From the human T2T-CHM13v2.0 reference genome, Homo sapiens, in the NCBI RefSeq assembly GCF_009914755.1, contig NC_060935.1: a stretch of 64,000 nt of DNA; one strand, 5' to 3'. The translations under genes and the position numbers were made by a program. The notes beneath the pieces were generated by a model that saw only the letters and a program-made list of their open reading frames with translations, had not been told where the DNA came from and ran no database searches. Of this stretch, positions 13,716-29,143 are shown piece after piece (the stretch's first letter is position 1; each line of letters starts with the position of its first letter).

Positions 13716-14508
13716 TTCACATTCATAAGTTATACAAATTGATTTAAAATTCAGTTGAATGGTACATAAAGGTAATATCCAGACAAATAAGCAATAGGAA
13801 TCTGAGTTTCTCATGAAACTAATTTTATAATTTCAGGAATTTTTCTGAGATTGCCTTATGACTTTTATATACAACCATATAGATGACTCTTTTATTCCTG
13901 GGACACTTTCATTCATTTAATAAAAATTTTTTGACCCAAACTATGTGGTATGCGTAGCGGGGCTAGTGAGCAACACAACAATAACTCCAGCACATAGTTT
14001 ACTTTCTTTTGCTCAGATCACCTTACATAACATTTGGTAGAAAGAGTGCTACTGTGTTTAATCTTTGTTTTTATCTGCAGCAGCCTGTGGGATAGCCAAG
14101 CCAGGCCCCAGAGTATTGATAATAATTGGAAATATATTTCAAACCTAGTATTAGGTACATGGCCATATAGCAATATTATCAACATATTTCTTGGTTTTGT
14201 AATGTGTTTTTCCTCCTTTTTGGTGTAAGTGGGGAAGGAGAAAAGTAGAATAAACTCTAACCTATAATTATAGCTCACTTATCTTTAGGGTCAATAGCTG
14301 TTACTTTAATGTTGTTAAAGCACAATGAAAGATGTACAGTATAGTTATTATAACTCTAAGAAAAGATGTGTTTTTGAAGCAGCATATATATTGGCCCTAA
14401 TAGTAAACTATTTATCTACATTCCATTCAAGATAGAGAAAACACTGTCTGCCGAGAATAATTGTTTTTATTTCTTTGTTGCTTGGTTCTTTGTTTGTCTT
14501 AATTGCAG

Positions 14509-14598
14509 AAGAGTCCAAATAAGATTGCATCTGGCTTTTTCCTGCGATTGTTAACATCAAAGCTAATGAATGACATTGCAGATATTTGTAAAAGTTTA
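14509..14598 (+). CDS. ATM: ATM exon 16 (S794 SP site)
   Basis: cag|AAGAG...TTA|gtaagt; 90 nt; [30 protein letters not shown]. Confidence 0.97.
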
Positions 14599-14699
14599 GT
14601 AAGTATGCTTCCTGTTTTGCTATCATATTTTGATTCTAATAGGCATAATTTTTTTGTTGAAATATCTTTGTAAATAAGGATGCATCTCACAACATATAG

Positions 14700-15035
<336 letters not shown>

Positions 15036-15520
15036 TAAAATGTGGAAATTAAATAATTTGTCTTGTGGGGAAATATACCTGATTGCTTCTTAATATCAAT
15101 ACCTAGCATAGTAGTGCCTGCCTTTAGTTTCTCAATAAATAATACATTTAAAAATTGGGAACGAATCATCCAGGCTCACAGCTATATCTGCGCAACATTG
15201 TACCAAAATTTAAAATAATTATTTGTTCTTTAAAAGTGACCAAAAATCTTGCCAGGCAAGCAACATATTCTTATTGTAGTATTTATTTTTCTTCCATACA
15301 AATGGGCTTATGCCACATACATTCTTTTTTCTGGAACACTGCCGGGCATACAAAGTAGTTATTGAAATATCTATTGAGTGAAAACATATTCTGTAACTTA
15401 TTTCCATTTTATGACACATCTTAATCATTTTCCATGTCACTGTACTTATTTTATAAGCTATCTGCTGTTATACTTTATTTATTTAGCAGTGCATGGTATT
15501 CTATTGTGTGGTGATAGTGA

Positions 15521-15878
<358 letters not shown>

Positions 15879-16148
15879 TAACATTTTAAGTGGTTTCTAG
15901 TTTTTTGGGTTACAAAGACTTCTGTGGTACAGATTATTGTACTTTTGTCTATTTGTATTTGTGTGTATGATGGATGTAGGATAATTTCTAGCAGTAGACT
16001 TGCTTGTTCAAAAGGAATGCGAATTTTACTTTTTGATGGATATTGTCATTGTCCTCCAAAATAGTCATACCAATTTAGGCATTTTCCTACACCCTCTTTG
16101 GGTAACACTTTAGGTGTTACAAAACTTCTTAATATAAGAAATAATTTT

Positions 16149-17047
16149 GAGGGAGGAGCCAAGATGGCCGAATAGGAACAGCTCCGGTCTACAGCTCCCA
16201 GCGTGAACGACGCAGAAGACGGGTGATTTCTGCATTTCCATCTGAGGTACCGGGTTCATCTCACTAGGGAGTGCCAGACAGTGGGCGCAGGTCAGTGGGT
16301 GTGCGCACCGTGCGCGAGCCGAAGCAGGGCGAGGCATTGCCTCACTCAGGAAGTGCAAGGGGTCAGGGAGTTCCCTTTCTGAGTCAAAGAAAGGGGGGAC
16401 GGACGGCACCTGGAAAATCGGGTCACTCCCCGAATACTGCGCTTTTGCGACGGGCTTAAAAAACGGCGCACCACGAGATTATATCCCGCACCTGGCTCGG
16501 AGGGTCCTACGCCCACGGAGTCTCGCTGATTGCTAGCACAGCAGTCTGAGATCAAACTGCAAGGCGGCAGTGAGGCTGGGGGAGGGATGCCCGCCATTGC
16601 CCAGGCTTGATTAGGTAAACAAAGCAGCCGGGAAGCTCGAACTAGGTGGAGCCCACCACAGCTCAAGGAGGCCTGCCTGCCTCTGTAGGCTCCACCTCTG
16701 GGGGCAGGGCACAAACAAAAAGACAGCAGTAACCTCTGCAGACTTAGATGTCCCTGTCTGACAGCTTTGAAGAGAGCAGTGGTTCTCCCAGCACACAGCT
16801 GGAGATCTGAGAACGGGCAGACTGCCTCCTCAAGTGGGTCCCTGACCCTGACCCCCGAACAGCCTAACTGGGAGGCACCCCCCAGCAGGGGCACACTGAC
16901 ACCTCACATGGCAGGGTACTCCAACAGGCCTGCAGCTGAGGGTTTTGTCTGTTAGAAGGAAAACTAACAAACAGAAAGGACATCCACACCAAAAACCCAT
17001 CTGTACATCACCATCATCAAAGACCAAAAGTAGATAAAACCACAAAG
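16149..17047. promoter_or_regulatory. L1 5'UTR internal sense promoter and antisense promoter
   Basis: YY1 motif CAAGATGGCC at the 5' end; CpG-rich; intact 5'UTR. Confidence 0.7.
16346..16597 (-). CDS. L1 ORF0-like antisense ORF, open, 83 aa
   Basis: MAGIPPPASLPPCSLISDCCASNQRDSVGVGPSEPG matches the primate L1 ORF0 N-terminus; ATG at 16597; expression not shown. Confidence 0.6.
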   Translation of the reverse strand: MAGIPPPASLPPCSLISDCCASNQRDSVGVGPSEPGAGYNLVVRRFLSPSQKRSIRGVTRFSRCRPSPLSLTQKGNSLTPCTS

Positions 17048-18064
17048 ATGGGGAAAAAACAGAACAGAAAAACTGGAAACTCTAAAAAGCAGAGCGCCTC
17101 TCCTCCACCAAAGGAACGCAGTTCCTCACCAGCAACGGAACAAAGCTGGATGGAGAATGACTTTGACGAGCTGAGAGAAGAAGGCTTCAGACGATCAAAT
17201 TACTCTGAGCTACGGGAGGACATTCAAACCAAGGGCAAATAAGTTGAAAACTTTGAAAAAAATTTAGAAGAATGTATAACTAGAATAACCAATACAGAGA
17301 AGTGCTTAAAGGAGCCGATGGAGCTGAAAACCAACGCTAGAGAACTACGTGAAGAATGCAGAAGCCTCAGGAGCCGATGCGATCAACTGGAAGAAAGGGT
17401 ATCAGCGATGGAAGATGAAATGAATGAAATGAAGCGAGAAGGGAAGTTTAGAGAAAAAAGAATAAAAAGAAATGAGCAAAGCCTCCAAGAAATATGGGAC
17501 TATGGGAAAAGACCAAATCTACGTCTGATTGGTGCACCTGAAAGTAACGGGGAGAATGGAACCAAGTTGGAAAACACTCTGCAGGATATTATCCAGGAGA
17601 ACTTCCGCAATCTAGCAAGGCAGGCCAACATTCAGATTCAGGAAATACAGAGAATGCCACAAAGATACTCCTCGAGAAGAGCAACTCCAAGACACATAAT
17701 TGTCAGATTCACCAAAGTTGAAATGAAGGAAAACATGTTAAGGGCAGCCAGAGAGAAAGGTCGGGTTACCCTGAGAGGGAAGCACATCAGACTAACAGCG
17801 GATCTCTCCGCAGAAACTCTACAAGCCAGAAGAGAGTGGGGGCCAATATTCAACATTCTTAAAGAAAAGAATTTTCAACCCAGAATTTCATGTCCATCCA
17901 AACTAAGCTTCATAAGTGAAGGAGAAATAAAATACTTTACAGACAAGCAAATGCTGAGAGATTTTGTCACCACCAGGCCTGCCTTACAAGAGCTCCTGAA
18001 GGAAGCATTAAACATGGAAAGGAACAACTGGTACCAGCCGCTGCAAAATCATGCCAAAATGTAA
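17048..18064 (+). pseudogene. L1 ORF1p, disrupted by one nonsense codon
   Basis: MGKKQNRKTGNS...NHAKM, 338 codons in one frame with TAA at 17240-17242. Confidence 0.93.
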
Positions 18065-18127
18065 AGACCATTGAGACTAGGAAGAAACTGCATCAACTAA
18101 TGAGCAAAATAACCAGCTAACATCATA

Positions 18128-21950
<3,823 letters not shown>

Positions 21951-22311
21951 GAACAATGAGATCACATGGACACAGGAAGGGGAATATCACACTCTGTGGA
22001 CTGTTGTGGGGTGGGGGGAGGGGGGAGGGATAGCATTGGGAGATATACCTAATGCTAGATGACGAGTTAGTGGGTGCAGCACACCAGCATGGCACATGTA
22101 TACATATGTAACTAACCTGCACAATGTGCACATGTACCCTAAAACTTAAAGTGTAATAAAAAAAATAATAATTTTTAAAGTTTGCATATTATTTTGTTAT
22201 GTAGACATATTACAGGTTATATATCCATTTTACTATTGTTGGACATTTAGTAGAAAAAGTACTGTAGTTTTCATACTTACACATGAACCTTGAATTGTTT
22301 GATTAGGTAAA

Positions 22312-22617
22312 TTTTTTTTTTTTTTTTTTTTTTGAGACAGAGTCTCGCTTCGTCAAACCCAGGCTGGAGTGCAGTGGCATGATCTCAGCTCACTGCAATC
22401 TCTGCCTCCTGAGTTCAAGTGATTCTCCTGCCTCAGCTTCCTGAGTAGCTGGGATTACAGGTGCCCACCACCACACCCAGCTAATTTTTGTATTTTAAAT
22501 AGAGACAAGGTTTCACCATGTTGGCCAGGCTGGTTTCGAACTCCCGACCTCAGGTGATCCACCTGGCTCAGCCTCCCAAATTGCTGAGATTACAGATGTG
22601 AGCCACTGTGCCCAGCC
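22312..22617 (-). mobile_element. AluS
   Basis: TSD TGATTAGGTAAATTT. Confidence 0.92.
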
Positions 22618-22692
22618 TGATTAGGTAAATTTTGACTACAGCATGCTCCTGCAAGAAGCCATCTTGAACATCTTTGTTTCTCTTCCTTGAAG

Positions 22693-22864
22693 GCATCCTT
22701 CATCAAAAAGCCATTTGACCGTGGAGAAGTAGAATCAATGGAAGATGATACTAATGGAAATCTAATGGAGGTGGAGGATCAGTCATCCATGAATCTATTT
22801 AACGATTACCCTGATAGTAGTGTTAGTGATGCAAACGAACCTGGAGAGAGCCAAAGTACCATAG
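22693..22864 (+). CDS. ATM: ATM exon 17
   Basis: aag|GCATC...TAG|gtaaat; 172 nt; [12 protein letters not shown]...DYPD...QSTI. Confidence 0.97.
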
Positions 22865-23098
22865 GTAAATACATATTTACTACTTGGGATTTCTTTTACT
22901 TCTTTATATTGATTTGGCAGTATAAGAGGCCTCATTGATATCAATTTTGTGCTTATTTCATTTTCTCTTAGTATAGCCTTTTAGGATTGTTCCTTTCTTA
23001 TATACTTTATTTTTTTTTTATTTTTACTTGAATTTATTAGTTTCATATTTTATTCTTCATAGAAGGAACTTAAGATAACTATTAAAGAAATAAAACCA

Positions 23099-23390
23099 GG
23101 CCAGGCATGGTGGCTCACGCTTGTAATCTCAGCACTTTGGGAGGCCAAGGCGGGCTGATCATGAGGTCAGGAGATCAAGACCATCCTGGCTAACGTGGTG
23201 AAACCCCATCTCTACTAAAAACACAAAAATTAGATGGGCGTGGTGGCGGGCGCCTGTAGTCCCAGCTACTCGGGAGGCTGAAGCAGGAGAACGGCATGAA
23301 CCTGGGGAGGTGGAGGTTGCAGTGAGCCGAGATCATGCCACTGCATTCCAGCCTGGGCGACAGAGCGAGACTCCGTCTCAAAAAAAGAAA
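23099..23390 (+). mobile_element. AluY-like
   Basis: GGCTAAC and GAACGGCATGAACC diagnostics; TSD AAAGAAATAAAA. Confidence 0.9.
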
Positions 23391-23931
23391 TAAAATCATA
23401 TGATAGGTTATTTCCTCAATAGAAAGCAGGAAATGAAAACACACCTGTAATGCCATTGCTTTTAACCTTTTTCTATTATTTCTCTGTAGAAACATTCAAA
23501 ATTGTAGTCAACATCAACATTCACATGTTATGAATGCCTGTTTAATTATAAGTATTTTTCCAGGTAGTTGCTTTTCTTGATAGTCATACTTTTTAATGGC
23601 TTCACCATTTTTCTGTCATAAATACCATAATTTACTTGACATTTTTTATTGTCAGAAATTTAGATTCTTTTCTATTTTCCTACAATAAACATTATTGCAA
23701 TGATCATTTGTCTAAGGGTTTTTTTTTCTCATATTTTAAATTATTTCTTGACAACAGAATCTTGGATAATTTTTCAAAAAGACTTTTGAAGCTTTCAGTA
23801 TATAATTAATTTCACTATAATTTTGCTTTTCATATACTTTTTTTTGTGAAGAGGAGGAAATTTGAGTTAATATGACTATATATGGCTGTTGTGCCCTTCT
23901 CTTAGTGTTAATGAGTGCTTTTTATTTTTAG

Positions 23932-24131
23932 GTGCCATTAATCCTTTAGCTGAAGAATATCTGTCAAAGCAAGATCTACTTTTCTTAGACATGCTCAAGT
24001 TCTTGTGTTTGTGTGTAACTACTGCTCAGACCAATACTGTGTCCTTTAGGGCAGCTGATATTCGGAGGAAATTGTTAATGTTAATTGATTCTAGCACGCT
24101 AGAACCTACCAAATCCCTCCACCTGCATATG
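23932..24131 (+). CDS. ATM: ATM exon 18
   Basis: tag|GTGCC...ATG|gtgagt; 200 nt; [11 protein letters not shown]...LHLHM. Confidence 0.97.
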
Positions 24132-25924
24132 GTGAGTTACGTTAAATGAAGAAGCTCTTGGATTTTATCTGATGTTGCTGACTAAATGTAATGAGTTGAC
24201 ATGTAAGAATCACATGGTGTCTTTGAAGAATTGAAATTGCTTTCTTGAGAAATGAACCTGAGACTAGTTGGAAAATAACACTTTTAACGTGCTGTGAGCA
24301 AATTTAAGTGGATGCTGAAATATTAAAACTTAGATGGGTTTTGGATAGATTTATTCTCTTTAGGTTTAATTGTTATAAATTATTTTAATTAGGCTAAGAA
24401 ACATAGACCCTGAATGTAAAAATATTACATAACATTGTGTTTGAAGTTGGAACCTTGCCTTTGACCTTAGTTTATATATTTTCAGTTTTTTGGATTTGAT
24501 TTCAAAATGATAGTGAAGTTACAAGAATACTACAGTTAACGTTTTACCATATTTGCTTAATCATTCCCTCTCTCCACACACACACTCATACGCAGATACA
24601 CACATCATTTTCTCTGAACCATTTTGAGATGAAATCGCACACGTGATGCTCCTTATACTTCAGTGTATATTTCCTAAAAACAAGGATACACTTCTGTTTA
24701 GCCACAGTATAATCATCAAAATCAGGAAGTTAACATTTTGTCATTGCATTTAGGTGTGTAGTCTGTTTAGTCTCCTTCAATCTGGAACAGTTCTTTTTTT
24801 TATTTATCATGACCTTCATATATTTGAATAGTACAGGTCCCTTGCTCTGAGTTTGTCTGATGTTTCCTTATGATTAAATTTATACTTTGACGAGAATGTT
24901 GCAAAAGTAATTCCTCTTCTGCCTTCACCCTGTCCATTTATCTGTCTGTTGATAGATATCTTCAAATCCAAGCCAACATCACACAGTTTATCTTTTTTTC
25001 TGTCCAAATTTATAAATTGCTTTACTAGCAGTTAAAAAAAACACCCCAAAACCTGACTATCCACTCAACCTGAATGCATTTACTTATTTGCTCAACAACC
25101 TTATATATAACTAATCTAACCATGTGGGCCATTTTCTTAGCCCTAGCCCCAGTGTATGTGGAGGTAGAGCCTCTGGCCTAGCGAGTAGCAAGTTGGGTCC
25201 TAGGTCATGTCCCCAGTTCCAGCAAATTGTCACACATGCCTGGTGAGTCCCTAATTAGAACCTCTGATCACAGTAAATTGTAGGCTGAGTCATTGGTGGA
25301 ATCCCTGGTCATGTTTCCCACCCTTGGTGAAAATGCACGTCAATCCCTTAGAGTGAGAAGACAAGTTTGGTTGTGCCCTGTTTGGGCCCCTGGTTTAGGT
25401 CCTCGCAGATACTCAAGTCTCTATCCCTGACCAAGAGGAAGTTACATGCTTTTCTTGAAGTATTGATGTTTCAAGTCACTTCAGAACATTCAGTAACCTC
25501 ATGTACATGACTCTCATGTCAAATAATGAAAAGGATCATTTAATTTCCTTTGTTAATATCTGAAAAGGATTAAGAAATATATTATTCTATATGTAAATAG
25601 GAAAAAAAATCCCTTATTATTTCAGTATAGCCAGAAAATTATTTGGTAGTTCTCGGAAACTGGCTGCCCAGATAATAACTACCATTATAACTGGTCGTTG
25701 CAGTAGCCCTTTCTGTGCATAGTACCATAAAGAGCCTTACAAGATTGCCTTATGGGAAGATAGGTCAAGGTTTTTGACTTCTTCCCTGCCCATGATTATC
25801 TCTGCTTTCCAAAATTCATTAATAGTTTTCAACCACTGGTCTATTATCCCCAAGCATTATTTTGGGAGAGTGGAGACTTACAGTTTCAGAATCTTGCTCA
25901 AGCTCTTAACTGCAACAGTGGTAA

Positions 25925-26145
25925 TAATAATCATTTATTGAATTCCACAATAGAAGCTAGACTTTTACGTTTATTTTCTCTAATCCTCACAGTTATCTGG
26001 CCAGGTAAGTGATATATCTTCACTCTACTGATGAGGGTACGAAGGCCCTAGATGACATAAGGCAAGTTTTTTACCAGAAAAGTTAAGGCTGTGGTACTGG
26101 GATTTGAATTTTCTGTTTGACTTCAAAGCCTTTTGTTTTTACTAT
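25925..26145 (-). mobile_element. MIR SINE hosting the ATM intron-18 ISPE/pseudoexon
   Basis: TAATCCTCACA...GATGAGG...GGGATTTGAA...TGACTTCAAAGCC follows MIR consensus order. Confidence 0.65.
25999..26012 (+). promoter_or_regulatory. Intronic splicing processing element (U1-binding GGCCAGGTAAGTGA)
   Basis: Perfect CAG/GTAAGT; AAGT at 26007-26010 sits exactly at c.2839-579_-576, the known A-T deletion. Confidence 0.85.
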
Positions 26146-26200
26146 ACACCTCTTAAATATTTACAGCTGTGTGTGTGTGTGTATGTGTGTGCATGTATGA

Positions 26201-26515
<315 letters not shown>

Positions 26516-26585
26516 TATGTTTATATACTTTTTAAAGTAAATGATTTGTGGATAAACCTGATTTTTTTCCCTCCTACCATCTTAG

Positions 26586-26668
26586 TATCTAATGCTTTTA
26601 AAGGAGCTTCCTGGAGAAGAGTACCCCTTGCCAATGGAAGATGTTCTTGAACTTCTGAAACCACTATC
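26586..26668 (+). CDS. ATM: ATM exon 19
   Basis: tag|TATCT...ATC|gtaaga; 83 nt; YLMLLKELPGEEYPLPMEDVLELLKPL. Confidence 0.97.
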
Positions 26669-26772
26669 GTAAGAAATTAAAACCTTATGTTATGTTCACT
26701 TTAAAGTTATAAAATAACTGATGTGTTCTGTTAAGCTTATAAAGTTGAACTTTTTTTTTTTTTTTACCACAG

Positions 26773-26928
26773 CAATGTGTGTTCTTTGTATCGTCGTGAC
26801 CAAGATGTTTGTAAAACTATTTTAAACCATGTCCTTCATGTAGTGAAAAACCTAGGTCAAAGCAATATGGACTCTGAGAACACAAGGGATGCTCAAGGAC
26901 AGTTTCTTACAGTAATTGGAGCATTTTG
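26773..26928 (+). CDS. ATM: ATM exon 20
   Basis: cag|CAATG...TTG|gtaggt; 156 nt; [14 protein letters not shown]...IGAF. Confidence 0.97.
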
Positions 26929-27384
26929 GTAGGTACAGTCTATTTTGTGGTCCTATTTTTCTTTTGCTATCTGTGGATACGAATGCAAGTTTTGTATCCA
27001 CATCAGTGATTTCTTCTGATCTTCCTACATAGCTAATACATCTTTTAAGAATAGCAGAATGTAATTTGTGTTTCCCTCAGTCGCTTGAAGAACTACATTG
27101 CTTTTTGTTTAAGGCTTGGCTTTCTAAACCGTTTAACTCATTTCTCTGCAAATTTTGAATCACTTAATAATTTGACATGTATAGTGAATAAAGGATAACA
27201 AGCCAAAATCAGTTGAATTGTTCATGTTCCCTAAGTGAACAAATTGGCCTTGTCCTTATCTGGTTATTTTATGCATATTGTCACATTCCAAGATAACACC
27301 CTGATACTTACAGAGGAGCACATACATATAATTTAGAACCCTTGTACTATCTGATTGCTAAGTAATTCTAAATCAATAGACTGT

Positions 27385-27696
<312 letters not shown>

Positions 27697-27709
27697 TGAA
27701 TGTGGTTTT

Positions 27710-27762
27710 GAAATCTTCAATATACCAAACAAAGAAATCTTCAATATACCAAACAAAGAAAT
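27710..27762. repeat. 24-bp perfect tandem duplication
   Basis: GAAATCTTCAATATACCAAACAAA x2 + GAAAT. Confidence 0.95.
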
Positions 27763-28053
27763 TTCTTTCTAAAGTAAGTTTACTGTAATGTAGTTTAGCC
27801 ATTCTATGGTAGCCCCCAAAAAAGGACATAATGGTATAAAACAAATAATATACGCTAAAATGAATTCTTTTACACTAATTTCTTTTAGCTTGAATTTTTG
27901 GCAAGGTGAGTATGTTGGCATATTCCACATAATGACAAATAAGTTTAGCACAGAAAGACATATTGGAAGTAACTTATAATAACCTTTCAGTGAGTTTTCT
28001 GAGTGCTTTTATCAGAATGATTATTTAACTTTGGAAAACTTACTTGATTTCAG

Positions 28054-28129
28054 GCATCTAACAAAGGAGAGGAAATATATATTCTCTGTAAGAATGGCCC
28101 TAGTAAATTGCCTTAAAACTTTGCTTGAG
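28054..28129 (+). CDS. ATM: ATM exon 21
   Basis: cag|GCATC...GAG|gtgagt; 76 nt; [25 protein letters not shown]. Confidence 0.97.
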
Positions 28130-28243
28130 GTGAGTTTTTGCATTTTTTTAGTAAGATCTCCATTGAAAATTTTAAAGCAGTCTTTGTTTGTTAATGAGTA
28201 ATTTTTCTCTATTTCATATTTAACCACAGTTCTTTTCCCGTAG

Positions 28244-28374
28244 GCTGATCCTTATTCAAAATGGGCCATTCTTAATGTAATGGGAAAAGACTTTCCTGTA
28301 AATGAAGTATTTACACAATTTCTTGCTGACAATCATCACCAAGTTCGCATGTTGGCTGCAGAGTCAATCAATAG
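28244..28374 (+). CDS. ATM: ATM exon 22
   Basis: tag|GCTGA...TAG|gtaatg; 131 nt; [12 protein letters not shown]...AESIN. Confidence 0.97.
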
Positions 28375-28805
28375 GTAATGGGTCAAATATTCATGAAGTA
28401 TTTGGAATGCTGCAGATGGCAGTAGAATGTCTTACATAGTAACAGCTCACAGTTGCAATATTAAAAATAGCTAACACTTGTTGAGTATATACGGTGTGCC
28501 TGGCATTTATGTTTATTCTTAATTCTTATACTTCTGTCACTTAGATTCTATTATTTCCTTCAATTTATAAATGAAAACTGTGACTTAGTGAGGTAAAGTA
28601 ACTTGCTTATGCCACAGAGCTAACAAGTGGTTGACTCGAGTGAGGTGTGTCTACTATCATGTACAGGAGATACGGACTGTTTGGAAATTACTGTGATTTT
28701 ATGTGAGTTTATGAAATGATAATTAGCACATTTTACATTGTGCTAATTACAATTATATTTACTTGAGTGAACATCCAGTGAAGCACTGGAAGGATTCTAT
28801 CATGA

Positions 28806-29143
<338 letters not shown>

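Noticed and set aside
14506-14511. CAGAAG tandem acceptor at exon 16
   Set aside because: CAG strongly outcompetes AAG; at most a minor one-residue isoform.
22007-22030. G-quadruplex-forming G-run
   Set aside because: Ordinary L1 3'UTR feature.
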